This document shows, in pieces, positions 41,032 through 54,650 of a DNA stretch of 64,000 nt (positions are counted from its first letter, which is position 1; each line of letters begins with the position of its first letter). Where the stretch lies: the NCBI RefSeq assembly GCF_009834535.1, contig NC_045697.1, forward strand, positions 59,708,001 through 59,772,000, written 5' to 3'. Origin of the DNA: Camelus ferus (Eukaryota). The notes under the pieces are model-generated. The model saw only the letters and a list, made by a program, of their open reading frames with translations. It was not told the origin of the DNA and did not search any database. The position numbers were made by a program, and so were the translations under genes.

Positions 41032-43530
41032 TAAGAGATTCTGCCTCAAGAGATCTAAGAAGGAAAACAGGACTCAAAATTTTAAATAAGCAATTTAAAT
41101 TGGAGTAGTAAACTCTAAGAGAAATATAACTTAACTAATAGTCATTTTAATTTTTAATTTTATCTCCAAGCTAAATATATTTTCTATGTGCAGACAGAAG
41201 TAACTCAGGAGAAGATTAAAGGTGGGTTTAGAAAGTACCCATAATGTGTGATTATTAGAAACAGGTGGTTTTATACAGTATGGCTTTAAGGGTTTGGATA
41301 GAATTTATAGCATTTGGTAACTAACTAGTGTCATTAGTAGAAGGAGGAGTCAAACATGGCAATTGATGATGAAGTTAGAACAGGCAGGTTTGAGGAGGTG
41401 AACATATATTTGTGTTATATTTATAAACTTTATCAGTTAATAGAAATGAATAGGACTAAAATGTCCCAGGAAATTTAAGGCCCTCTTTAAAAGAATAGAA
41501 ATGACATTTGAAATACTTAAAAGGAAAGAAGATTGATGAAGAGACAAGCTTAGAATAGAGTTTTTGAAAATGTAAACCTCTCAAAAAGTAAGAAGCAAAC
41601 GTGACAAATTTATAAAATGAATGAGAATGCAAAGTATTTGAAAATTAATTAAATTTATATCACAACTCCCCAGAGAAAAGCTAAATGTAGCTGGCCTCTA
41701 CCCTGAAAATTTTCCCACATATGCACAAAGAATATGCCTATTCTATCAATTCCCAACTTGTAACACAAACCTTCGTAACCTTTACTCACCACTCATTGAT
41801 TCTAAGTGTTATTTTTCCCCATTAACTATATTTGCAACCCAAATATAGTGTGCAAACACTTGAATAACCTGTTTTTAACCCCAAATAAGTATTAAGTTAC
41901 AAATTACATATGTCCAGTATCAATTTTAATTTTAGCCTTTGAAATATCTTTTTATAACCACCAAATTTACCTTTAACCACTTTTCATCTGTGTTGAAAAA
42001 AGATTCTTAGTGTGTTAGAAATTGTTTTTTGAAATATATGTTCCAAGAGAACTCTTTGAGAATCTCATTTTATAAATTGAATATTTTAAGTGAATAGAAT
42101 GCTTAAAAATTCTCTAGTGAATTAAGCTGTAGGTGAAAGAGTTTTATAAGGTGCTTCTATTCATCTTTTTTATGTTCTACTTTTCATAACTGGAATTTTC
42201 TTATATTAATTCACCAAATCATAAAGTCAGATCTCTTAATCTAATCTCCTATACAGTGAAAAAACTCCCCCAAACTGAACAAGTCACACCATTAAGAAAC
42301 ATAAATATCTATTTTGTATATCATTATGTAAGTATATTTAATATACAATAATTGACTATTTTTTCATTTTACCAACTTGTTTTGCTTAATTTTAAATAAA
42401 TATACTTAGAAATTACTTATCACTTTATGATGTAGTGCATCTTTAATTTTTATGCTACAGATTTCATTAAAACCCCTGGTATATTCCATGAGTATCTACT
42501 TTGAAGCACAGAAAGACTGTTAAGAAATTAAAAGTTCCAAATCAATTTTTTTCCCATTAGATTGTTCTTTTTTTCCTTTCAATCAATATTGAATCTCTTA
42601 AAGGTTCAGCTCTTGTTTTTGTATTTCTCACTGGGAATACTAGTGGTAGGTTTGGTAAAGCAATTTTGAGCTTATCCCAAAGTGAGGCATCCTGTTGAAT
42701 GTTGTGAGCCACTGGAAATCAAATAATCTTATCTTAGACTCACCCATTTTCATTAAAAAAAAAAAACAGAAACAAAAATAAAAACAAAAAACAGTTATCT
42801 TCAAAACTTGTCCTATTCTAGCCAGGAGATCAATGAGAACTAGACCTGTTGGTATTTAGGGGCTGCTCATCTCATACTATTAGTGTTGAATTTAGACTCT
42901 GCAAGAGTGTGTAGGCACATTCTCCATACAAAACTCCAACCATGTGAAATGAACAATCTGAGCCATCCTCTATTCTAGTTTATGATTTTTAATCTGATTT
43001 CTTTCTGAAAATGGATCATAACCCAATTGGCCATTTCTTCTGAAGATGAACTCTACTAAATTTTTGCCACTTTGTGTTTTATGTGTCTACAAAGTTGCCC
43101 ACCAGATAAATTTCTTTAATGTCAAACATGTCAAGTAATAAGATCAAGTTAACCAGATTTCAGACAATTTTGTGTTGGGTTACTGCTCATTCCTCAGGAA
43201 AAAGATGACACCCCTACAAACATTAATAGCTCATGAACTCCCTATCACCTGAATTAAACTATAATTCTATTTATGCCATGTCCTGGCTTCAAAATGCCAG
43301 CAAGTTTTAAAACTGTTGGCATACTTCAAGATCTTGATTAATGACTTCTTAGAATAAAATTCTTCTCTGTAGGAAATACTAATTAATCTTATTTCATCTT
43401 ATTAATAAGCATTATTATTCATCTTTTGTAGTTGAACTAATAGCTTAACTAGCAATTTCCTTTTAAAATATGTTTTTTTCATTTATAGTTTATAAGGTTG
43501 AAGTCATATATAATTTATTGCAATTCTCAC

Positions 43531-43572
43531 CTTTCTTTTCCATTGAGAAAGTCCTTCAGTAACTCCAACTCC
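43531..43572 (-). CDS. Candidate 42-nt exon (alternative acceptor gives 52 nt from 43582)
   Basis: ctttccagtcttactcag| ... AAG|gtgaga. Phase 2-2 reading is ELELLKDFLNGKE. Confidence 0.3.
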
Positions 43573-43886
43573 CTGAGTAAGACTGGAAAGTGATGTTCAT
43601 TTATTTTCTACTATAATTCACCTACAATAGCAAGAAATCTTTAGATACAATTAGCAACTGCATTTCTTAGTGTTTAAATGGTTTGCCTCACTAGTTATTA
43701 AATAATGAAAATTAGAAATAAAGTATTTTCATCCCAAGCTATAACCTTTTCCTTATAGTGGGACATTTAATAAAACTGGTCTCATGTTATTTTTTAAAAA
43801 TTTCCAGACATGATAAAATATAAGTTTACAAAATGTAGAACTCATGTTGACAAAGGGTATAGCAATAGTTTGTAATCAATCCTATT

Positions 43887-44539
43887 CTAAAAATAGAGTT
43901 ACCATATGATCTAGCAATCTCATCTTCTGGGTGTATATCTAGAGGAAACTCTAATTCGAAAAGATATATGAACCCCAATTTTCAGAGCAGCATTACTTAC
44001 AATAGCCAAGACATGGAAGCAACCTAAATGTCCATCAAAAGATGACTGGATAAAGAAGTTGTGGTATATTTATACAATGGAATACTACTCAGCCATAAAA
44101 AGAATAAAATAATGTCATTTGCAGCAACATGGATGGACCTGGAGATCATCATTGTAAGTGCAGTAAGCCAGAAAGAGAAAGAAAAATACCATATATCACT
44201 CATATGTGGAATCTAAAGAAAAAAAGGACACTGTGAACTCATCTACAAAACAGAAACTGACTTGCAGACATAGTAAACAATCCTATTGTTACTGGAAAAG
44301 GGAGTTAAAGGGATAAATCTGGGAGCTTGAGATTTACAAATGTTAGCCACAAAATAAAAAATAGATTAAAAAAGTTTCTTCTGTATAGCACAGGGAACTA
44401 TGTTCAATATCTTGTAATAACCTTTAATGAAAAAGAATATGAATACAAATATATGTATATATATGCATGACTGGGACATCATGCTGTGCACCAGAAATTG
44501 ACACACTGTGGCTGACTCTACTTAAATTAAAAAAAAAAA
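43887..44539 (+). mobile_element. Relatively young 5'-truncated L1 3' end
   Basis: ctaaaaatagagttaccatatgat...gcaacatggatggacctggaga...gtatagcacagggaactat, ending in an A-tail. Confidence 0.92.
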
Positions 44540-46974
44540 TCTATTGACCCATGTTTTAGTGATATGCCTCATTAATCGTTGATTCTTATTGAATCCATGT
44601 AAAAATGTTCTGTGATCTTACTATTGAGTATAAATTGACTGAAAATATGCAAACACTCCTCTGCTGGTTTCCTTGTCTAATATGGTTTCTTACACTTTTT
44701 TTTTATATTTTTGTTATTCTCAGTTCAACTTTAAGTTACTCAATGAGTTTCATGTAATAATTACTAGACATGTATTTTCTTCAGTGAAATAATACTTAAA
44801 AAATTGGATTTATAAATGTTCTACACCCACTTGTTATAGACTTCATTGTATTTCTACATCATATAATTAAATAAATTTCACAAAATTCAAATAACTTTGA
44901 AGAAACTTTGCTGTGCCCACTGAAAATTTCCTTTATTAAAAATGAAATTGTTACAATGAATTTTAGATGAGTCAGGGAATGAAAAATTTATCACTTGAGT
45001 ATAACCTCTTGTTCATCTCTTCCATCTCTATGTAGTTCTTATAATATGCTGCTTTGATTTTGGAGGGTTTTATAACTTAAGGTGGTAAAAATAGAAATTC
45101 AGTTTTTCCTACCTGTTCTTCACAATATAGGATAAACGAAATAAGATAAATCAATTTTCTAGATATCCAAATCATCACATCTATAAGTTTGTTGAGGCTT
45201 AGTTGTTTGATATCTGTTTGCCTTTGGGCATTTATTTGAATGTTAGTTTCAGATAATAGAAATAATCCTGTTCCTCTGGGTGCGGTTCACTTTTATCATT
45301 AGTCCACTCACAGGCCCTATCATGTCTAATTTATCAAAATATCTGATACTGAACACTTCTCTTAACCTTAAATGCTAAATAAATATCACTGTTTCAAACT
45401 ATTACCGTTTTGACATGAGTTAATGTGTTAGAGGTTCTCCTTTAGAGCTCTGCACTGGTCTTGCTCTCTGACTAGAATGATCTCCCGTATTCGCTCATGG
45501 ATAAACTCTCCAATTTCTTTAAGACTTTGCTCAAAAATCCAGCTGTCAATAGCTAACATGTTACTCTGTAACCTACTCCTGCCAAAACTCTTGAAACTTT
45601 TTATTTTGCTCTGTTTTTTAGTACCATGACACTTTAAACTTTCTATAACTTACTCATTATTTTTTCTGTTTACTATCTGTTGCCTTTCTGCCAACGTTGT
45701 CTTTTTTTTCTGTTACATTAAAGTGCCTAGAATAATATTTGGCCTTCAAATGACTGCATGAAGAGAGTTTTTACCTTATATTAAACATGTATCTTACCAA
45801 GACTTTGGGGGACTATTAATACTTTTTTGTCTACAGATATATGAGCGTGGCACTGTCAATGTAGTGGACCAATGTGATCAGGCTCCATGTTCTTCTTCTG
45901 AAATCTTTCTAGATATCTCATTCTACGGTGAATAAGATTTTCATACGCTTCAACTTCATATGTATCGTTTGTACCTCTTTGTCTTGAATAGTGCCTGGCT
46001 TTCCTCCAGTTACACCATTTTGCCTGCAGCTTTTTCGGATGGAAACTTCTGCTCCCATAACCCACAAAATCTCCCATTATAATTATCCATCATCCTCATC
46101 AGAGTCTGACATAGGATCATAGCTGAGATCAAACACTTCTTATTCCACATTGTCTTCCACTACTTTTGCGACAACAAGAAAATCCTAGCTTCTCTAAGGT
46201 GCGTGGCTTTATTAAAGTCATATGTTATACAGAAAACTGTAGGTAGCAAGCATTATGATCAGAATTGTATGTACAATACAGTTAATGAAATCCACATATG
46301 CCACAATCCATTCTTTCTCTCCATTTACATTTTCTAAACTCCCAGTTATTTACCATCATTTTTAAAGTTGTAATTTCTTCTATAAATTGGTGTTATTCTG
46401 CGTGGCCTTCAAAATCACAGACAAATAGTTCAATACCCAAATCCTAATCTTCCTTGGCTATTTCTCTTCATTCATCTTTTTCTCTGCTTTCACTCTAGAC
46501 ACCACTCCCCTTGTCACCCCTAAGACTTTCTCATCATACACAACTATTCTATGCCTAGTATCCTTTCTCCAATTGTCCACTAAAAGATTACTTTTCCCTG
46601 ATCTTCAAATATTCTCCATTAATTCAGCCTTCTACATTTCTTCTGAAATCTCCTCTAGATATTTGGTCCCATATCCCTCTTCTTTTTACTTAACAATGAC
46701 ATTTATCCCATAATATGTGACTATTTCATTATTTTTTCGTTTGCTTCACAAGGCAAGTCCCCATTTCCCTATCTGTTAGCCCTCTCTTGCTTTTATATTC
46801 TACTCATCTAGCATGGATTCTGCAATCCTATACTTTAACCTGTAGTCAGTTTTTCTCACTTACCCATTATCATTTCATTGCATCACACCCCAATTCTGCA
46901 AAATGTTATATGTTTTCATGTCCCTTTCCTATCGATAGGCATTTGAGAGCTGCTGAAGAATATACTGATAATGA

Positions 46975-47220
46975 TAGATAACATTAATAGAATGCTTACC
47001 CTCACCATTTGCTATTGGAAGTGCTAATATACATGAATTTTGTAATCTTCAAAATCACTTAAAGTGAGCACTAACATTAAGCCATTTTTTTAAAAAGGAC
47101 TAACTGGAAATAAAAAGAACTTAAGTAATTTGACCAAGATCATGTGGCCATTAAGCGATGCAACCAGGCTTGAAATGCAGGCAGCTTGATTCTATTGTCT
47201 GTCCTCTTAACTACAATACC
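46975..47220 (-). mobile_element. MIR
   Basis: ttaagtaatttgaccaagatcatg...ccaggcttgaaatgcaggcag. Confidence 0.7.
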
Positions 47221-48524
47221 CTATCATTACCCACTAAAAAAATTTTTAAAAATTAAAAATCACATAGGTATAGGTATGCCTATAGGCAATTGTAATTTTA
47301 AAATCTCTAATTTCAAATGAATCTTTCATACTTCCTGGCAGTTGATCTCTTTTTAACCATTTTGTTTAAAAAAAATGGACCTTGATATAGAGAAATCAAA
47401 AGTTGACATTTTGTTTCCCCATTAATATTATTTTAAACCTACTTCTCTCTAGGATGAAATTTTTAGATGATAAAAAGCCCTCTGTTAACTGTAGTTACAA
47501 ATCACAGTTTAAAATTCAGTAAATAATAATTCCGTATCATATAGTGATAAAACTTCTGATAGTCATTTTAAATTTCTCCCTCCCTCATTTCTAGCTTATT
47601 TCTAGATCAAGCCTGCAGTTAGAAATGAGAGAAATTTGGGCTCTTCTCTATTTCACTCGCTTTCCTCATTCTCTTTGCTTATAGATTTCTAGCTGTGATT
47701 TGTAGTAGTTTCAGCTTAGAAAAAGAGATAGCGAGACTATGTATAATGGTATAAAGATCTCAGTTGCCTTTTAATATCATGACATGGCATTACTCCTCTA
47801 TTAATTTGGAGGATTTAAAAAGGCTGAGTATTTTAATAAGATTGGTTGGCTCATCAGAGATAAACTCTCCCTGGATATTTCTCACTTGTCTCATCTTAAT
47901 ATGGGTAAGCTAACTCTTGCTCACCACTTTGATTTACCTTCATTCTCTGGTTTATGGTGGTCTACCCACATACTATGTGGAGAGCCCATTGCTCATTCAG
48001 AAAGTCCTCCAAGGCAGAGTACTTTCAAGATGGCCCCAGAATGGGTTTATTACTTCCACTTGGCTCATATCTAATACACAGGAAATACCTATGCTTCCTT
48101 TACCCCAACAAGTTTTGGGAATGCAAACCAAGTCTAATATAGACTCTTCTTTTTCCACCAACAGAGCAGCAAGGCAGGCTGCCACTTCTCGTAAGTGATG
48201 AATGAATCAAACAATAGCTCCCCCATCACTCACTCTAGGAGACACATTAAGCTCTCCAGGAAGTTTAAAGCTTTTCTCTAAGATTCTTTAACTTTCATTC
48301 TTTTACATATTAAGATAAGGTACATACTAAATACTATAACATTGTTTAAACAATTGCCCTTGCAATGCCTAAAGAAGTTTTCTAACATCTTCAAAAAGAA
48401 AAGTGGAATAAGTTGACCTGTATTATTTTGGCCTTCAGCTAAAATAGAGTCAGAATATTTCCCATTTTGTTATGTTTTTCATACATTTATTACTTAGCAT
48501 CTTGAAAACCTCATGAACTATTTT

Positions 48525-49170
48525 TAAGACAAGTTTATTGAGGCATATCTTACATGTTATAAAATACTCAAAATAATATAAATGTACCCATTCACCAACT
48601 GATGAACATTTTGTTAGATTTCAAGTTTTTGTTATTATGTATCAGCCTATTATGAACATTCCTGTGCAACTCTTTGAGTGGATTTATGTTTTCACTGCTC
48701 TTGCTTATATACCTATGACTGAAATGGCTGGTAGTAGTTTTTATGTTTAAATTTTTGAGATCCTACCAAACTGTTTTCAAATGTAGGTGCACCATTTTCC
48801 TTTTCTTCCAGAAATATATGAAGGTTCCTGTTTCTCCACATTCTTGTCAACACTTGCCATTATCTATCTTGTTTTTTTTCAATTATAGCCATCCTGGAAT
48901 GTGTGATGTGTAAAGTGGTCTCTCCTTGTGGTTTTGATTTGCCCTTGCCTAATGACCAAGAATGTTGAATATCAGTATATGCTAATAAGATTTCTGTATA
49001 TCTTCTTTTGTGAAATGTCTGTTGACATGCTTGTCAATTTTTACTGGGTTGTCATCTTGTTCTTCAGTTGTAGCAGTTTTATTTATCTTCTGCCTACAGG
49101 TCTCCTGCCAGAGATGTGCTTTCCCCAGTTGGTTGCTTGTGCTTGTCTTCATTTAAACTTTAGCTAAGAT
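48525..49170 (-). mobile_element. Old L1 3' fragment
   Basis: ccaaactgttttcaa...gaaggttcctgtttctccacattcttgtcaacactt...gtggttttgatttgc. Confidence 0.85.
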
Positions 49171-49199
49171 ACTCGAATCTTTAACCCTACCACCCATCT

Positions 49200-50220
49200 T
49201 ATTTTCCCATCATGCTAAAAAAAACTAGTTTTCTTTTTCCAGAGAATCTACATGCCATCAAACTAATAATACTTATTTTAATGCCAATGCACTGACACAC
49301 ATAGTTTCATCTTTACCTATGATTTCCAAGTTTCTCTATTACAAAGTACTGATTCTTCTCTTAAGTTTAGGTTTCAATTTATGCTTTAGATCTTATACCT
49401 TCGTACTCTCTCTGGTACATAAATCTATTAATCACCTCTTGTGTCTTATTTCTTACAGTTTTCTGACCCAACTCTCTTCTTCCCATTAGAATTCAAATAT
49501 GCTCAGCTCTCTTCAATGTTTAATTTTTAGAACTAAACTAAACTAAACCAAATTCCCTTAGTTCCACATCTTCCCAAAACCAACTCTGTCTCTATTTTCT
49601 TTCATAATAAAACCTCTTTCATGAATTTTTTCACACTTATGTCTCCAGTTACTCATCTTTCATTTTCTCTTCAATCTAATGGGGCTAGTTCTACCATAAC
49701 ACTGAAATGTCTCTCAACAAACTCATTAATAAACTCTTTTTATTAATCAAAACAATGCATAATTTTGTTTTCATTTTACTCGACCTTTACCAGTGTGTGA
49801 TAATATTGAATTCTCACTTCCCTTAGCTTCCACATTACATGCTTTTAATTTTCCTCTTCCCTGTCTATACTTCTTCATGTGAACTTCTTTACAAGCTCAC
49901 CCCATAAAATTGGTTTTTATGTTTATAATATTGTCACATTTCTTATCAGCTTACAAACTATTCACTTAGATGATTTTATTACATATTCTGAAGTCTCTAA
50001 AGTCTGTATTTTTAATAGAAATCTCTCGACCAAGCTCTAACAAATTTATAATCAAACTACCCATATCTATTTGGATGTCATTTAATCACCACAGATTTAT
50101 CATTTCTCCTAAACAAAACTCACCACTACACTCAGCCTTCTTTCCCTGCCTACCCTATAACAATAAGTATAACATCACCATCCAAAATTTGCCTTCAGTA
50201 GAAACTTGGACATTGGAGAC
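49200..50220 (+). mobile_element. LINE-2 fragment
   Basis: Pyrimidine-rich L2 phrases such as actgaaatgtctctcaacaa and atatctatttggatgtc. Confidence 0.6.
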
Positions 50221-50786
50221 TTCTAGAAGCTTAATTATACCAATAAAATGGGTAAAACTATGAAAAGTGATTTCACTGAGGAAGAATGCACTTTGCTAAT
50301 AGCATATGAAAATAAAATTTATTTAAATTCACTAGCAATTAAATGCTAAGTAAAATAATAAAATGCTAATTATTGTCTATTTATTGGCAAAATTTAAAAA
50401 GAATTATATATTTATACAGTCACTGCCTGATAAATAGGATCTTCATATGGTATTGGTAGAAGTATAAATGATAATCCTTTCTAGAGGACAATTTTGCAAA
50501 GTGTTTTTGATTCATGCCATCTATACTTGTACATGAAATTATAACTATTGGTGTTAATAAAATATTTAAATTATAGTGATCTTACTCATAAAATATTAAA
50601 TTTGACTATACAGTTAGTAGACAAATGTGTAGTTTGTATTTACTAAAGATAGCTTAAAATGTTCATGTTTAATGTGTAAGTATATTAAAAATCCAACATA
50701 ATTACCTTTCTGGTGATGTTGGATATTTAAGTTATAATATTATGCAATGTGAAGATACTATACTGCAATTTAAGAAAAATGTAATA

Positions 50787-51272
50787 ACTCTACCACGAAC
50801 CAGATGGTATACTGACATGAAACAATTAAAGAGTATTGAATAAAGTGACTTCACAAAGATATGGTCACGGTAAAGGAAAACAAACAAGGAAAGGTAAAGC
50901 CTCCATGCTAGACCCCACAGGGAAAGGAATGTAATCAGCTCTAGTCTTCAAGGGGTCAAAAGCATGGAGAGGTTACCAGACCTTCAGAGAGTTTGTAGAC
51001 TAAGAGGGTCACCAGACAGAAACTGAGCCTTGTGTTGAGAACCCAGCCACAGCCTATCCGTAGCCAGACAAAAAGGAAGCCAGGTGAATATATACTTCAC
51101 CCTTGTTGTCACTCTATCCACTAATTTCCTATCCTATAGTTCTGAAACCAGTGGAAAGTCCAAGGGCAAGAGAGCCTGTCAACTTAGCCCATGAAGTTCA
51201 GCCTTCTCAGGCACAGAATAGGATGGATAAAGGTACAGAATGATTTTGGAGATAAATGGACAATATTGATGA
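50787..51272 (-). mobile_element. ERVL solo LTR (LTR33-like) inside an L1ME fragment
   Basis: cagatggtatact...agggcaagagagcc...ttcagccttctcaggcacagaatagg...aaatggacaatatt resembles the LTR33 reverse strand. Confidence 0.65.
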
Positions 51273-51655
51273 CAAACATTTTCAAAATATAAAATGTAAG
51301 TAACTTTTTTTAATGTTCAAAGTATTGCATTTTTAGAATAAATTCAATGAAAAATGCTATTGGGTACTAAAAGACATTAATTTTCTTTTATGTAAGTATA
51401 ATTTTCCTGTATGGAAGTTTGTATTTTGCTAATTACTACACACAAAAGAACTTTCAACAGTAAACTTTCTGCTACACTGAGACAGAGATTATAAATCCTT
51501 TTCAATAACAGTTTATTGCTTGATGTCTGTCATAATATATTTTTGTTTCCTCATTTTCATGGAAATGTGTACTTATTTTAATTGATTAAATAATAATAAT
51601 ATTTTAATTAAAACTTTTATTAGGGAATTGATAATTAGCAATTCCAAATAAATGA

Positions 51656-51740
51656 TTATATGAAGTCTGTCTTTCTTATGTTTTCATTCCTTTCTTTACT
51701 TTTCCCTACCAGTTCTTCTAATTCCAAGCATATATTGTGT
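51656..51740 (-). CDS. Candidate exon, possibly terminal (or internal 31 nt using the donor after 51710)
   Basis: Strong acceptor tttttgccttttctcacag|. Phase-2 entry reads HNICLELEELVGKSKERNENIRKTDFI*. AATAAA on the minus strand at 51616-51621. Confidence 0.35.
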
Positions 51741-53613
51741 CTGTGAGAAAAGGCAAAAATGTCTGGATGCAATGTGAAAAACTCTGTCAATTCTTTAGAC
51801 CTTTTCATGTTATTGAATATTTGCTATGGATAGTTCTAATAAGCAAATAATTGTGGTGTTTTATTTGTTGTCATGCACATATTAGATATTATGTAGATCA
51901 GGAAATCTAGTAGCTGTGTGACAAGCAGCCACAATTGAACTGTGACAAGAAAATAAACCTCAATACCAGAACAATTAGCATGAAATATTTAATCTATTAT
52001 AAACTTAATCTCTTTCAATGATAGCCATAACATATTACAACAAAACTGATTACAATAGCCTTTTTAAATTGCATTTTGTACCTTATTATTGACATATTCA
52101 ATTACAAGTGTTACCCTTTGCTCAATACCAAGATTCAAATGCTTTATTAGAAAAGGAGATGATAAGATTTTCTAGAAATCCTAGCTAAATAGTGTATGCA
52201 TTTCTTGCTGAATAGCTTATCGAACATGAAAGGATTTAGCATAATTACAAATTTGACCCCAAATAATTCACAATGAATTTAAATCACAAACGTTCTCATC
52301 CATCAAAGACTATAGAAGAAAACAAAAGGAAGCCAAATCATGTTTTGGAAAATAAATAAGTTCAATGCTTAATAGAATTTTATTGAGCACCTGCTTCTGA
52401 AATAATTAAAGTAAGAATTATAAACAAATGCAGCTTAAAAAACAAGGATACCATCTTGAAAGAACTGAAAGTATATGAAAAAATACACTTACTGGTGCTA
52501 TATGGAACTAATTAAAATAATGTATTGAGAAATGATACATAATGTCTATTGAAAATGCCTATTAATATCTTTTCTTTTTTCACTTTTCTGCCACCCTTCT
52601 GATATTTACCCAGTCTCTTTTTCCTATTCACAGGCATCAAATTAATGTTCACAAACATTACATTATGCTTATTTCTTCTCAAAGTTTTGAATAAAATTCA
52701 GTTCCTCTGGGTATCAAACTGACTTGAACTGACCATTGCAGATTTATCTCACTCTCTTCTCCAAAATCAGTTATCTGATTCAGTCATGTTGTCCTGCTAC
52801 ACCCACACAAAAAGTCACTGCATCTTTTCCCCTGGTGGTCTGTGAGGAGGTACTTAGTAATGAGCATAAGGCAGTGTTGGTGTTATTATAGTTAGACGGA
52901 TGTAATGCAGTTGGATTGTACTTTGATTTACAGTGGTATCTGCATCTCAGTATATTCAATTGAATTTATGTTGCACCGAAGACCACCAGGAATAACTGTT
53001 AGTAAACAGAGTTGATATTCGATTTCACTAAAAGAAACTGCAGAACATGGGGAACAGGAAATGTCTTGGAAGTTGGTAAAAGAGGCTTCTTACAGGAACT
53101 GGGATTGTGTTAAGTCATTTTGGGAGAGTTTGCATATTATTCTTGCTTTCTTTTCTCATGTGAAAATTTTTTGGCATTGTCTTACAACAAATAATATATA
53201 TTACATTTTCTTGTTCCCTCAATAAAGTCAGCTTTTGTACTACATTAAGCAATCAACAGATATTTGCTGATTTCAATATTCATTTCTGATTTCAATATTT
53301 TATTGCTTTATTTTGAAGGAGGGTGTGTTTCATGTTATGCAAATAAAACTTAAGACAATATGTGAAAATTGTACTATAGTTATATTCAGAGAAAAATAAT
53401 CAAGATTCTTACTTGTAAATATTTAGTTTAACCAATGTAGCCATTATCATAAAATACCAGCAATAGAAAAATTTAAAAATTCAGAATACTATTTTATTAC
53501 TATTCTTTAAAATAGATTTCCTATTATAGGCTTTCAGAAAGGCAGTCAAGGAATGATATACTTTATTAAGATACAAATGATCAAGAAAATTTTTAGAATG
53601 TATAAGCTAGTAA

Positions 53614-54092
53614 TATCAGTTAGAATTACTTTTGGTTGGAAATAACAAAAAATTATAATACAGTGGCTTAAACGATAATAGGTTTATTCATCTCAATAAT
53701 AAGAGGTTCAATGGAAAGAGGCCAGGGTGGATATGGCAGTCTGGGGCTGTCATAGAAGATCCTAGCTCCTTCTCTCATCCTGCCCTTACATTCTTGGTAT
53801 GTGTTTTTTACAAGATAGCTGGTTTATCTCTTGACTTCATATCTATGTTGCAGGAAACATGAAAAGCTAAAGGCCCAAACTATCTCCTCATTAAGTTTTG
53901 GGGGGTTTTGTTTTGTTTAAAAGAATAAAGACAATCTACTTTATTCTTTGGCCATGGCTGCTATACCTGGCCAGACCTAACTGCCAAGCAGTTTAAAAAG
54001 CTGACTTTTATCTTTCCTATGTCTGTCGTAGAGGAATTCAAAGGAAGAAGGAGGTTGTAATTGGCTTCTGGGAAACATTCTATAGTGGTCAC
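53614..54092 (-). mobile_element. Old MaLR LTR (MLT1J/K/L-like)
   Basis: tatcagttagaattactttt...aataaca...cagtggcttaaac...cctagctccttct. Confidence 0.7.
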
Positions 54093-54593
54093 ATTGATTA
54101 AAATACACATACATGCACATATACAGTTTAACTACATACACATGTTAGCTTATAAATTCTGAAAAATTTCAAGATAATTTGTATTTCAATAAAAAAATTT
54201 ATGAATGCCTTCTTGAAACCGATACATTGAAAACACACTTAAAATAATTATATATATCTTTAAAGCTAAATTAATGTATTATCAAATTATATATGTATAT
54301 AGACATATATAAGCAAATAAAATCTATGTGTGGAAATAAATTATTTAAAAATTATAGAATATATCTTTAAAGGTAATAATTACAGCTTTGTTTTCATATC
54401 AATATAAAAAAAAAGCAACTGTCATTGCTAAGCAATGTTTCATGCTCAGTAATATTAGGAGATATCATTTTAAAATAAAGTAATAAATCCTCATAAAATG
54501 ACTGGGTAAGTTCTAAAGTTAAATTGAAATTTAAAACCCAAGAGAAAAATTTCAAAATAGGATTTTCAAAAAAATTAAATGCATTCCATTTAC

Positions 54594-54650
54594 CTTGTTC
54601 TGCAGTATATTTCCCTAGACTCCATTTTTGTTACATTTTGATAACTCATT
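54594..54650 (-). CDS. Candidate 57-nt symmetric exon (phase 2-2)
   Basis: cctttaatacttccag| ... AAG|gtaaat. Only the phase-2 frame is open: MSYQNVTKMESREIYCRT. Confidence 0.45.

Noticed and set aside
45840..46130. Recalled resemblance of minus-strand translations (SDSDEDDG..VGYGS, STTLTVP) to the RIMS1 central region
   Set aside because: The short matches lie in different frames with non-collinear spacing and rest on memory only. A tBLASTn search is needed, so no gene name is assigned.
50706..50762. 57-nt minus-strand exon-like segment with good splice motifs
   Set aside because: All frames contain stops and it lies within an L1ME 3' relic. It shows the false-positive risk of by-eye exon calls.
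53267..53299. Short tandem duplications (also 15391-15410 and 21541-21560)
   Set aside because: Ordinary two-copy slippage duplications.
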